64,000 nucleotides of DNA from Veleropilina oligotropha. Lineage: Eukaryota. Below, one piece after another: positions 51,143 through 63,384 of the stretch. The stretch lies in the NCBI GenBank assembly GCA_048128005.1, contig JBEUKZ010000019.1, positions 620,001-684,000 of the forward strand, written 5' to 3'. The notes beneath the pieces were generated by a model. It saw only the letters and a list, made by a program, of their open reading frames with translations, was not told the origin of the DNA and did no database searches. The position numbers and the translations under genes are program-made. Each line of letters begins with the position of its first letter. The first letter of the stretch is position 1.

Positions 51143-53183
51143 GGTCCTTCATGTCCGCCGCTCTCTTGTCGACGAACTCCGTAAAGTTGTCGCCAAAAAG
51201 AGTGGCGGCCGAGCAAGGCACGCATCGCAACGAGCGCCGGGTGGCCTTGTCTAGCGAGGTGCCTTCCAGGCAAGCATCCCTACGAAGTAGGTGTGCATTG
51301 CCCAGGACACGTCCCGTCTCCAACGCGCTGGTCTCCTGTGCGGCAGCAACCTCCTGGAGGAAAGACAGGGCAGCCTCACAGGCGCCGGGTCCTTCCTCCT
51401 GTAGTACGGCTATCGCGCCGTCCAAGAAAAAATCCTGAACGGACGACAGCCGCAGAGCCCGTCGGGCGGCGCTCTCGAAAGCTTCCAAGGCGGACCAAGG
51501 AACTTTCGCCACGGAGGGAGTGTGACTGGCGGTCAGTCGACGCAACGCTGCGTCGACATGAGCCGGCTCAGTCGCCAGGCACGGACCAGTACAGGCGAAC
51601 GGGATCGCTCGCGTACTGGCCCGGAGGTACCTCCCACTACGGAACCCCGAAGGGAACTCGGTCAGCGGGGAGGACTCCACCGGATTGCGCCCCTGTATGA
51701 GCTTGGTTGTCGAGTCGACCACCAGATCAACCAGCCCAGACTGAGGTAAGGAGGGGAGCTCGGGGGCTTCCCTCTCAACAAACCGATGTGCTGCCGTCCT
51801 GTGCTTGGCTGAACCTACGGCCGACCGAGTCGGTTCCGGCAGGCCAAGCACCCCGCGAAGTGACGCAACGGCGTCGAGCCTTCGGCGGGTGGAGGAGGTC
51901 GGCTCCTGCGTGCCTGAAAGACTAACGTCTTCGGGCCCGACCGATTCAGGGAGGTCGGAGTGATTGGAACCGAGGTCCTTGTCGGAACGAGGGTCGATTT
52001 CCATCACGGAGGCAGGAGCCGTGCTCTGCGCCAAGGGCAGATATATAGGTACCAGGCGCGGCTGGGGAGCCGTCGGCCAGGCCTTACATTGTTCCTCGAT
52101 CCCCGCCGCGATCCATGCCTGGACGTTCTCCAAAGAGAAACCCTGAGGCAGGACGGGCGTCGAACTAACAGCCGGTAGTTCAGTCGAGGAAACCGTGGCG
52201 CTAGGTAGACGGGCTGCACGGACAGGTGGATCCGAGGACCAGGGTCCCAGGGCACTTGTCGAGCGGTCGAACCCGAACGACTGGCCCGAAGGCGCAGTCA
52301 GTGGGCCGGACGACCGGTAGGACTGCGGCAACAGTCCGTATCGGTCTACCACTCTGTTCGAGAGAGGCACGGTCGGAAAACCGCCGTAGAACCCCTCACC
52401 GAACGCAGCCGGTCTGTCCACGTTCTCTAGCGTGACCATCGTGGGTGCACGGGAAAGAACGGGCCCTCTGAACGTCTCGTGAGCTTCGAGGTTGAGCGGA
52501 AAACCCCTAGGGGTAGTCGCGTCGGTCTCGATCGAGGATTCAGGTGTCGCCAATTGTCCGGATCTTAGACCATCGAAATGGTGTCCGGCCTCTTTAAAGG
52601 CTTTCTCATTGGGTCGCTCCCCGTCGTTAAACGGAGAGTTTCCCGCAGAAGGACTAACTTTCCCCGGATTCTTCGAGGCCGAAGAATAGGAGGGGGATCG
52701 TCTGCCCTGTTCAGCTGTTCGCTGCGCTGCCAGATATACCTTGCTAGCCGGCAAGGTATGGTTGGCTGCAGCTACTAGGCCCGTTTGAGGAGGAACGGTC
52801 GGCACTCGGGCCGTTACCTGAATCTGGGGTCCCGGCAAGGTTTCGGCGACTCCCCCAAGAGTCTCGGAGGTTTCGCCGGTGGATCCGGCGACAGACGGTA
52901 CCTTACGTCGGCTGTCGTCCAGCGTCCCTGAAGCAGACAAAGAAGAAACGTTATCCCTTAACTTACCAGTCTCTTCTTGACCCTTCTCCGGGGGAGGACC
53001 CACCGTGGCAGTCGCCCTGGTCGACTTACCCGGGTGGGATAGAACCGCCCACTGCTTCTCTGATAAAAGAAAGCACAGATCACATTGATGTTTTTTACTA
53101 CAACTACGGTGAATACGGCATTCCGTGTGCTTATCAAAGCCGTGAATCTTCTGGCTACACCCGGAGCTACTGCACCGGACCAT
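50934..53183 (-). CDS. DIRS gag-like ORF1
   Basis: Likely ATG at 53183 (MVRCSSSGC..DKHTECRIHRSC..CDLC, Cys/His cluster); C-terminal LLRRDACL..TLFG typical of DIRS1 ORF1. Confidence 0.88.
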   Translation of the reverse strand: MVRCSSSGCSQKIHGFDKHTECRIHRSCSKKHQCDLCFLLSEKQWAVLSHPGKSTRATATVGPPPEKGQEETGKLRDNVSSLSASGTLDDSRRKVPSVAGSTGETSETLGGVAETLPGPQIQVTARVPTVPPQTGLVAAANHTLPASKVYLAAQRTAEQGRRSPSYSSASKNPGKVSPSAGNSPFNDGERPNEKAFKEAGHHFDGLRSGQLATPESSIETDATTPRGFPLNLEAHETFRGPVLSRAPTMVTLENVDRPAAFGEGFYGGFPTVPLSNRVVDRYGLLPQSYRSSGPLTAPSGQSFGFDRSTSALGPWSSDPPVRAARLPSATVSSTELPAVSSTPVLPQGFSLENVQAWIAAGIEEQCKAWPTAPQPRLVPIYLPLAQSTAPASVMEIDPRSDKDLGSNHSDLPESVGPEDVSLSGTQEPTSSTRRRLDAVASLRGVLGLPEPTRSAVGSAKHRTAAHRFVEREAPELPSLPQSGLVDLVVDSTTKLIQGRNPVESSPLTEFPSGFRSGRYLRASTRAIPFACTGPCLATEPAHVDAALRRLTASHTPSVAKVPWSALEAFESAARRALRLSSVQDFFLDGAIAVLQEEGPGACEAALSFLQEVAAAQETSALETGRVLGNAHLLRRDACLEGTSLDKATRRSLRCVPCSAATLFGDNFTEFVDKRAADMKDRAIEKAVLHPTRGPPADSRKRSGPTRTPKPSKRANPSSGGRPPANKPTPTRRAPPAKPRKQSGRGKPRP

Positions 53184-54189
53184 AGCTGAATACACGGGAG
53201 GGTGGTAGTGGGTGTACGGGGTAGGTAAATAAGTATATATATGGTAGTTGTGACTTTTACTACAACAACTCTCAAAAATTGCCCTGATCTGAAGATCAAA
53301 GATCAGGCGATATACCGCAAAAACCCCCGAACTGGGAACACCGAGGCCGGGTAATAACCCGGCACGACCCGGTAAAAAACCCGGCAAATTGACTAGAACA
53401 AACGGGGGTTCTTTCTTAGAAAAAACCGCCCAGAAAAACACCTGAAAACCTCGTGGATGTTTTTATGTTAGTACAATGGCGTATTATCCCAGAAACGGCA
53501 GGATATCAGAATAACTAATAGTGATATCTAAACGATCCTGCCTATTAACGACGCTATAATTTTTATACAATAATAACCAGCAATAGCGTCGTTAAGGAAT
53601 TATCCAATATAATGAGTTACCTGTTTGCAGTCTCAAACAATATCAGATAAAAATACCGACCAGAAATTTCTTCTTATTACACGAAACTTCCCCTCTAAGC
53701 GGCCATGTTTTTCCCTGCAACAGCGGCGATGTCGGTTTCACTTGATGTTCACAACTTTTTCTTTGAAGTTGGTAAATCAGATCTAATATTCACTTGTGTT
53801 TAATATCCACAACACAGGGTATATTCCACAACTTATATTATACTAATACAAGCTTTATAGCGTCCTAGATTTAACGTATAAACCAGTCGGACATTCGAAA
53901 TATTTGCGGAGCAAAAAACACGTCTTTCCGTCTCGGCGGAAAACTTTGAATTGAGGTCTTGTGACTTCGATGGCTCGGAAGTCTCGCGAGACTTGGCGAG
54001 ATCTCGCTGGGGGAACTTAGGAGAGGTGGAGCAGGGGAGGTAATCGTAGTGTTTGACTTAAAAGGAGTGCCTAAATGTGACTTTATTCACTGTTTCCGGT
54101 TGGCGATAATATGACTATTATGGCAAGAGTAAGGACGTAAGTATGTTTGTAACTACATATGATTTAGTCATTGGCGTGTTAACAATTAA

Positions 54190-54798
54190 AGTTGCATTGC
54201 CCGTAAATAGCGAAAAACGCGTTTAATTTTAAACCCTAGACTGCAAATGTATTTTTGCCACTTAGCCAAAGTTGGAAACACCAAAACATTATATAGACAG
54301 GGCCCCTGGAGCACCTATGAATTAAAAGTAAAAAATAATTAAACTGGCTCTGATTTTATTATTGGAGTGACGGACGTTTCGTCGAAGGAAATTTCATCAA
54401 GCCGGGAACTGTCAAAGTTAACTAAGCATTGTGGAAAGTTGAGCTGCAAAATTAACACTGATTTACTATTTTACAATACAGTAGTGACTGTCACATTGCA
54501 TGCAACTTAGATAAATAAATTATTCATATGTCATAATAATGTGACATAGCGGCTGCATGTTTCGATAAAAAGTACACTCGAAAATTGACCACATGTCAAT
54601 GGTCGAATTGGGAATTGCACAAAATGGCTGCATCCTTGGTATTTATAATGGCGGATAGATTGAACGATTTCAGCATTGATTTTTTTATAAAGCAGCAAAC
54701 AATATAAGTTATTTCACTTTGAATCATCAAAACTTTTTATAACAACCACATATATGTAAGTAAGGCATTGTATGGCAATTATTACGGGCAATACAACT
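54190..54798. mobile_element. Non-autonomous TIR element at TTAA (Kolobok-like)
   Basis: ttaa|agttgcattgcccgtaa ... ttacgggcaatacaact; its right flank abuts the next DIRS. Confidence 0.6.
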
Positions 54799-57700
54799 TA
54801 AGAGGTTTTTAATTAAACTTACGTCCTTACTAATGCCATAATATGCCTATTATCGCTAAACCGGAAACTGTGGAAAATGGCAAATTTTGCACTTAATGAA
54901 TAAAATTACCTCCCTTCTCCAGCAGTTCCCACCAGGAGAGCAGATCTCCCGGAGACTACTCCAATAGAATGTGAACCCAAGATCATTCAAGTGTTGGAGC
55001 TAAGCCACAGCTATATAGGAACTTAGAAAAGAGGGGAGGAAATGCATGTGCAACGCATGGGGGGGCAAAACGAGTAAGGACGTAAGTATATTTTTATTAA
55101 TACTAGGTTTAATTAAAAACCTCTTATTAATAGCAAATATACTTAAGTCCTTACCAATGCCAGAATAACCTTGGATAGGCGGGCTAAGTTCTAGTGTTAA
55201 CAGCATCAAATAACCCATAATCAAGATTATGTACTCATCCGGAATCAGCCGTAGAGTTGATTCGATTGATCCGCCCAGAGAAGAATTTTCTGAGGATTTA
55301 TTCTACTCTTACCACGAGTGTGAAATTTATACCAGGAATCCTGGGTTTGGCTCGCTCGTGAGGTTTGGTGGATCAGGATGGCGGAAGTGCAATTATCCCC
55401 CGGTCTGGACGTATGTTACACACCGGACTCACAGACCTAGGGTCACAGGCGTGGCCTTACTGAAATATATACCGGGCCCATATGGCCGGAAACCAGAAGG
55501 ACACAGTCTGTTTGATAAGTATTCTGAAATAATTTACAGACAATTAAAATCAAACTCAGCAGGTATCAACCAATAGAATTAATATATAATATATATATAT
55601 AATAATCGATTAATACACCCATTCACATGATCAACCAGCGAAATGCTAACATGAAACCATGTTACTTTAAAATTCTGAATATTAAAGATTTTTCAATGTC
55701 CCTTAGGTGACACTGTATGCTCATAACAGCAAGTAAGAACATATTTAATACCCAAAAGTAAAAACATTTTAAGGATTCTTGCAATATAAATGTTATATCC
55801 AATGCAGACTGGCACAGTCAAATAACTCAGGCATGACTACAAATCGATTTCTTAAATAATTAAGAAAGAAATGAGCACTGGATAACCACTTAAGGAGTTC
55901 GTATTGTCACTCAATTAAGAACAACATGTACATTGCATCAGTGACCGATAATTAATGAAGTGTGAAATACAACTCACCGTCACTGACGAGACGACCTTGA
56001 GTGGACAATACAATTTTGTGCACGACGCACGAAGCGTATTCAAGCCATCGTGCTAAGTCTTGTAAGTAGTGCTTGACGAACACGTTGGCACTCTTCCAGT
56101 ATCCCGCCTCTAATATAGCTGTGATATTAAGAGTATGGCAGAATTCGAGAGATGTGGATATCGCTCTGACCTCATGCGCAGTAATCTGGACTACTTTCCG
56201 ATCTAATTCTTGAGAGTGTAGGTACACTCCTTTCACCGTTGAGCGATCCAACGAGCAACAGTAGACTTTGTCATGTCTCGTTTAAAGGATGACAAGTAGG
56301 AATAAACAGTCGTTTCTTGCCTAGTCGCATGTCACGCGTACGGTCTAGGTAGTATCGGAGGGCGCGGACGGGGCAGTTCAAGCGATCCCGATTGTTTCGA
56401 TCGACGAGGAGAAACGTGGGATAAAAACTTCTCGAGGCACATCTCCAGGCCGTTGAGTTTTTGCGAGGAATCATAAATGGACCGTAGGGTGACCGACCCA
56501 TCTGGCTGTAATCTGAAGTCTCGAAGCTTTGACGAGAAGCTGTGAATCTCCGAGGACCGCCTCGTAAGGGCGGTTGTTGCAGGGCATTCAGGACTTGGAC
56601 GATGTTCCATGCTGGTGGCCGCACCAGCGCGGTCGGTCGTTCGAGTTCGTAAGAGCGGATAAAGTCCGATATCGTACGGTCGATAGATAGCCTGACACAG
56701 GCACGGCATTTCTTTAGCGTAATTGCTATCGTTGCCCGGTAGCCTTTGACCGCGGAAGTTGACATTCCCCGTTCGAATAACGATGATAAGAACTCGATGA
56801 AGTCATGCACAGCGGGACGGAGTATATTAATCTTCAGGCTGTGACACAAACCTACGTACTTTGACCATCGGTAGTCGTAGACTTTAGTCGTAGATTGTCT
56901 CCTCGATCGGTAGATGCGACGGGCAGTGCCTTCGAAAAACTTTCTTAAGCAGGGATCGTTCGATAACCGCCGAGCGCGTAGAAGGCCGTTCGGCGATGGG
57001 TGTAGTACACGGGCGCGCGACTGTGCCAACACTTCGGGTCTCTGCGAGAGCGCTAGCGGTGTATCGATGATCAGATCGAGTAGAGACCAGGGTTGCGTTC
57101 GGTGTAGGGGTGTTATCAGCGTTACTTCGCAACGTTCCAGCGATGCTTTCCATAACACAAGGTGTAGAATACACGATGGAGCATAGGCACACGCGGTCAG
57201 ATTCTCCCATGGCATAAACCCGGGTAGGGGAGACATACAGAGGGAGACGATAATTGAAATCTGTTGCAAACAGATCGACTTGGGGTTGTGACCACCAGCG
57301 ACAATGTCCCGTGCTACTCTGCTGTGTAGCGTCCGCTGTGTGTGTTAATCTGTGATTTCTGAGAGAGCGACTTCGCTCTGACGTTCAATTTTCCGGGATG
57401 TGTCTTGCTCGCATCGTCGAATCGTGTGACATCACTAGGCAGTGTAGTTCGATAGCCCGGTCGCATAGGGACGCGAGCGTCTTCCGCCCTGGTGTTGAAC
57501 GTAAGCAACGACAGTCGTGTTGTCCGTGTCGAGCATGATGTGCTTGCTGCGGAGATGCTCCGACAATGATTGAACTGATTGGAAGACCCTTTAACTCCAA
57601 GAAGTTGATGTGTCGTCTCCGTAGTTCCTCCGGCCACATGCCTGACGTCTCGTAACTGTCGAGGTGACCCTCCCCCAACCTTCGTTCGAAGCATCCGTAA

Positions 57701-58060
57701 ACAGGTAGGCATTCACGTCTGGTGGGGATATAGGAACCGTCTGGCATGGCAAAGCGGGGTCCAGCCACACTGCTGTTGTGGAGTCGAACCAATGCCGTAG
57801 ATCGATGCGATCCATCCACTGTACCGTAAGTTGAACCCATTGTTCCTTGAAGGTCCGTTGCATGGGTCGCTTGTCCATGCGTCCCGTCGGTAGCAAGGGT
57901 GCTACCGACTATGTGCCAGTTGTCGTGCCGTGGTTACTTCTCGGGATGCTGTATCCTGAATCACGGCTCGAAGGTTCCCAGCACGTTTCTGCATCGGCTT
58001 CGCGGTGAACAGGACCGTATCGAAGTCGACTCCGAGGAACGTAACGTTGTCAAGGGCTCG

Positions 58061-58270
58061 AAGTAAGTAAGTAAGTAAGTAATCTTTATTTTACATCGGT
58101 ACATAGGGCATACATGTAACATGAGCTTTAAAGCTCTTAAACCGATATCAAACAAATGTATGATAACAGAATATATAAAAATATATATATAGTATGACAC
58201 ATGACTTTAAAAACATAGCGACTTTAAAAACATAGCTATAATATATTGCATTTGACACTACTTGAAAGAC
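58061..58270 (-). mobile_element. Probable LINE 3' end inserted in the second DIRS
   Basis: Minus strand reads aataaa then an (ttac)n tail, interrupting RT sequence. Confidence 0.5.
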
Positions 58271-58279
58271 TAAAAGATA

Positions 58280-60010
58280 AAAATAGACAGCCGCCCGGCT
58301 ATCAGGAACCCCAGCTTTATATAGCAATCAGACTGCCATATAAAATCTGTGATCTTGACCTTGCCAGTAGCCCTTGGCTAAACACTGTGCTAACTGTCCA
58401 TCATGAAGAAGTTTGGATGAAAAAATAATTTGAAAGAAAGAAAAAATTGTGAGTATATTTAGACCTCTGTGACCTTGACCTTTGACCAAAGGCCATTACC
58501 GGCCCAAACAAAATTTAAGGGTCAAAGGTCATTGCCGCAATGTCAAAGGTCATTCACATGAAATTTCGCCACCATGGCCTAGCGTATGATAGGGTAGTTA
58601 GCATACCATATGAAATCAAGGTAACATGTTTGGTAGCCGAGATATAGACCGGACAACATTGCAAATTGCGAATATATTTTGACCTCTGTTACCTTGACCT
58701 TTGACCAAAGGCCATTTTTCGTATTTGTTATATGATGTACTAACCCTAAAGGAATAGTTTGGCCCCGAAAAATAAAAAAATTACGAAAAATTAAAAAAAT
58801 CTAAATATAGAAAATTTGTGAAGGTCACTACGCAGAGGTCAAAGGTCAAATGATCAAAATTTTACTTCCATGCACAGGTTTGAAGTATAGGCAACACATA
58901 TAAGAAAAAATGAGAAGGCTAACATGTTTGGTCTCCGAGAACCGGCCCGGACAAAATTTAAGGGTCAACGGTCATTGTCGCAAGGTCAAAGGTCATTCAC
59001 GTGAAATTTCGCCACCATGCACTAGCGTATGACAAGGGTAGTTAGCATACCGCATGAAATCAAGGTAACATGTTTGGTAGCCGAGATATAGGCCGGACAA
59101 CATTGAAAATTGTGAGTATATTTTGACCTCTGTGACCTTGACCTTTGACCAAAGGCCATTTTTCGTATTTGTTATATGATGTACTAACCCTAAAGGAATA
59201 GTTTGGCCCCGAAAAATAAAACAATTACGAAAAATTAAAAAAATGTAAATATAGAAAATTTGTGAAGGTCACTACGCAGAGGTCAAAGGTCAAATGATCA
59301 AAATTTTACTGCCATGCACAGGTTTTAAGTATAGGCAACACATCTAAAAAAAAATGAGAAGGCTAACATGTTTGGTCTCCGAGAACCGGCCCGGACAAAA
59401 TTTATGGGTCCAAGGTCATTGCCGCAAGGTCAAAGGTCATTCACGTGAAATTTCGCCACCATGCACTAGCGTATGACAAGGGTAGTTAGCATACCACATG
59501 AAATCAAGGTAACATGTTTGGTAGCCGAGATATAGGCCGGACAACATTGAAAATTGTGAGTATATTTTGACCTCTATGGCCTTGACCTTTGACCAAAGGC
59601 CATTTTTCGTATTTGTTATATGATGTACTAACCCTAAAGGAATAGTTTGGCCCAGAAAAATTAAAAAAATACGAAAAATTAAAAAAATCTAAATATAGAA
59701 AATTTGTGAAGGTCACTAAGCAGAGGTCAAAGGTCAAATGATCAAAATTTTACTGCCATGCACAGGTTTTAAGTATAGGCAACACATCTAAAAAAAAATT
59801 AGAAGGCTAACATGTTTGGTCTCCGAGAACCGGCCCGGACAAAATTTAAGGGTCCAAGGTCATTGCCGCAAGGTCAAAGGTCATTCACGTGAAATTTCGC
59901 CACCATGCACTAGCGTATGATAAGGGTAGTTAGCATACCATATGAAATCAAGGTAACATGTTTGGTAGCCGAGATATAGGCCGGACAACATGAGCCGCCC
60001 GCCCGCCCAC
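58280..60010 (-). mobile_element. HINE-like element with ~3.5 tandem copies of a ~444-bp unit
   Basis: Unit restarts at ~58501, 58945, 59388 and 59832; gaccttgacctttgacc motifs; (gccc)n at the end. Confidence 0.75.
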
Positions 60011-60479
60011 GTCGACTGGTAGCACAGTTCACGGGAAGTCCCGAGAATCAACCAGTTGTCGAGGTACAGTGAACTCTGTGCCCATGCGAGAGTAGGAAGG
60101 CACCGAGGGCCTGGAAGACGATTGCTTCTAGTAATATCCACAGAGCACTAGTACAATCCTAGATTGATCCTTATAGGGTAAATCCAATAGGTTTTTATAA
60201 CAAGAATCACTAAAGAATTGTAGCAAGACAGCACTACACTAAATATAGGTGTTGACTGGCCAAGCGGGAAGACTTGAATGATCTTGGGTTCGAATTCTAT
60301 TAGAGTATTCTCCAGGAGATCTGCTCTCCTGGTGGGAACTGCTGGAGAAGGGAGGTAATTTTATTCATAACTGCAAAATTTGCTATTTTCCACAGTTTCC
60401 GGTTTAGCGATAATAGGCATATTATGGCATTAGTAAGGACGTAAGTATATTTGCTATTAATATTTAATCCTTTACAAAC

Positions 60480-60705
60480 CAGATGAGAATTGTTCCACGA
60501 GTTCATCTTTCGTCCAGTTGCATGATGTGATAATGAATGTTCCATTTTCATCCAGAATTCGTTTTATCGTATACAGGTACTTCAGTCTGTTTGCCTCGGA
60601 GTCTTCCATGAGGCTGATGGCGTCGTATGTTCCCTTATCGATGCATACTTGGTATTGCCTCGACAACGATTTACAGGCTGAGCATTCCAATAAAAGGTCC
60701 CCTGT
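60480..60705 (-). CDS. EEF1AKMT2: EEF1AKMT2 (METTL10) internal exon
   Basis: cttgttag|TGDLLLEC..QVCIDKGTYDAISL..GTFIITSCNWTKDELVEQFSS|gtttgt; DKGTxDAISL and ITSCNWT are family hallmarks. Confidence 0.95.
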
Positions 60706-61771
60706 CTAACAAGATAAACGAACAAATTATTTCTATCATAGAATGCTAGCGTCAGTTGAGTGGTTTGTCAACCGAGATTGTAAGGTAACCCTGTCGGCAG
60801 CTCTTTTTACCAGTTAAAATAACAGAATGGAAAACTCCCTATATTTCTGTCAGATTGAAGCGAGACCTTAAACCGGGTGTACCGACTATGATAAGACTGA
60901 CAAATTTTCGAACAGTGTTAGTAAAACAAATTTGCCAATCAATCAACCAACCAGCAGAATGCTAATGGAATGTGCAAAAACTTGTCAAGTACATTGTCAA
61001 GTACACTATTGTGTGGTAGTCCTGCTGGCTCCTAGAAATTTGTAAGCATTGTATAGCTATCTGGCTATAGGATTTAGATGAATCTATATATGCAGTAAAC
61101 ATGAAATTCTCTTATTATTACAAATTTTCAGCATTTCACTGTGTCAAGAAGGACGTGTATAATAATTATTATAACTGAGCAAGTGTTTTAAAGGAAACAT
61201 TACGCGCAATCCTTATAGTGATTCCGTCCGAATCTTTTATGGGAAATAAAATGGATGTTGTCGAAATAACACTCCCGCAGAAATCAAACATAATATTAGA
61301 AGGGCTCCTAGATGAAAATTAGTGCGGGCTCCTAGATTTGAAATGCTTGAAGCACCATGGGCTCCTGGATTTAAAACGCTAAATCGAGCCCTGCAGGTAC
61401 TCAACCTAGTTAATGAGTGTATGAAGTTTCGTGAAGGTAGCATGTACGGATTGGAAGATATGCTCCGGACAAAATAGTCGGACACTCCATTCATTGGCTT
61501 CATTCATTGTAGTTTATGTCAGTCTTACATCAGCAATTTTTTGTCAAAATAATAATTTCAGAAACCTCAAAATAGCAAAAGGCACAACTACTCAACCTAG
61601 TTAGTGTGTATACCAAGTTTAGTGAAGCTAGCCTGTACGGTTTTGGAGATATGCTCCGGACAATAACGTCCTCAATTATAGTCTATGTCAATGTTATATC
61701 CGCCATTTTGTGTAAAAATAGAAATTTCAGAAACCTGAAAATAGCAAAAGGCACAAGTACTCAACCTAATT

Positions 61772-62720
61772 ATAATAATAATAATAATCTACTTTATTTC
61801 AAGAGGGTAACTTATTTAGTTTATAACAAACTAATCTCCCATAAGGCCCTCATACAAAAGTTACAAAAAATTATGATATGACAAAAATATATACAATATA
61901 TACAGTGATAGCAGATAATATTAAATAAAATACACACACAGAGATGATATGAGAAATGTAACAAAATTATTTATACAGTAGTGTATTAAAAGTGTTTGTA
62001 CATAAATAATTAAAGCATTCCTTCTTAAAACTAAATAATGTTGCTTGATTTCTGACAGAGAGTGGCAGAAAATTTGATTTTGGATGAGGTATAGATAGCA
62101 TCATATTGGAGGCAGATCTTAAATTTAGGGAGTGTACATTTGATATAGGAACTAGAGAATCTTTTATGTAATCTGGAGCCAAACCATTTAAGCCTTTATA
62201 TACTAGAATATGTTGGTGATATTCTATTCGTTGTTGAATAGGCAACCAGTTTAGCTGTTTAAACATTTCTAGTGAGGGAGTCATATAATCTGATTCCAGA
62301 ATGATTCTAGCAGCCCGCTTCTGTAATTTATTTACTCTTTCTATATTGTACTGCGTGCATGTTCCCCAAACTGTCGAACAATAATCCATAAGAGGAAGTA
62401 AATAAGCATTAAAATACAGTTTTCTGGCTTTAATCGGTAAATATTTCTTAATCCGGTTTAATAAAGATAAGCGAGATGATAATGTGGAACATAAATGATC
62501 AATTTGATTTTCCCAGCATAGATTTTTATCAATATATATGCCAAGAAGTTTGCAATCTTCAACTGATTTTATATCCTCACTTTCTAAAGTCAGGTCTAAA
62601 TTTTCAGTTAATGCTAGCTTTTGCTTAGACCCAATTACCATACAAGATGTTTTTAGCGCATTTAGTTTCATCTGATTTTCTTTACACCATTTGTTTACAT
62701 TATTCAAATCTGATTGAAGA
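61772..62720 (-). mobile_element. 5'-truncated CR1/L2-type LINE fragment, inserted in a HINE-like element (~61394-62915)
   Basis: WCKENQMKLNALKT, KLLGIYID, DYCSTVW, LQKRAARII; aataaa then (att)n tail on the minus strand. Confidence 0.88.
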
Positions 62721-62929
62721 TTTGTTTGTATTGTATCTACAGTTTTGGCATGAGAATGGAGTGTTGTGTCATCTGCATAATGGGTGTATGAAGTTTCGTG
62801 AAGCTAGCATGCATGGTTTTGGAGATATGCTCCGGACAAAGTCGAATGACAGACAGACGGAAGGACGGACGAACGGAACGCTATATACCCCCTACTTCGT
62901 AGCACGGGGGTGTAACTACAATATCTTAC

Positions 62930-63037
62930 TTCAAACGTGATATCAACGCACCCTTTCGTGGATGCGACCGATTCAGCAAGTCCAATGGCTCCACTGGAGT
63001 AGTCCACTCCGGTGAGGTTGGTGAAACCTCTTTTGTG
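62930..63037 (-). CDS. EEF1AKMT2: EEF1AKMT2 (METTL10) internal exon
   Basis: tcttccag|HKRGFTNLTGVDYSSGAIGLAESVASTKGCVDITFE|gtaaga; SAM-methyltransferase GVDYS motif; phase 0/0. Confidence 0.93.
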
Positions 63038-63189
63038 CTGGAAGACAAAACGAAAATATATTGTATGATTTATCATAATGCATATTCTTCACGTGCATTA
63101 CTGGGTTATAAAATACCATAACTGTTTATTTCTTTATTGAATGTCTACGTTAACCCCGGCTGAATGGATTTGGATCGATGCTTAGCATC

Positions 63190-63367
63190 TCATATTTAAC
63201 CACCGTCAGGTTCACACCAGAACACATCCTTAATATCTCGGGAGGAAAATCCATTCACACTTGAAAACCCTACCAACACTGACCAGTTACGGACAACACT
63301 GACCAGTTACGGACAACTGTGATTGTTAACTGAACAATGAATGCCTAGGCGAGATTCGAACCCAGTT
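63190..63367 (-). mobile_element. tRNA-derived SINE-like remnant
   Basis: B-box gggttcgaatctc on the minus strand; tgtccgtaactgg is shared with ~35128. Confidence 0.45.
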
Positions 63368-63384
63368 TTGTTAGAAAGAGTTAA

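Larger units (their letters stand above)
46767..54162 (-). mobile_element. Full-length DIRS1-type tyrosine-recombinase retrotransposon (~7.4 kb)
   Basis: ~207-bp ITRs (46799-47005 and 53942-54148) identical by eye; ICR at 47065-47155; ATGA core at both junctions; gag, RT-RNaseH-MT and YR ORFs. Confidence 0.97.
54799..60462 (-). mobile_element. Second DIRS1-type element, diverged subfamily, gag deleted, pol and YR broken
   Basis: ITRs ~54818-54991 and 60272-60445; ICR ~55073-55162; RNaseH, MT and YR fragments at 55950-58060; RT fragment (LYLDNWLI) near 60060. Confidence 0.92.

Noticed and set aside
48416..52778. Many short + strand ORFs inside the DIRS
   Set aside because: These are antisense shadows of GC-rich coding sequence with no motifs.
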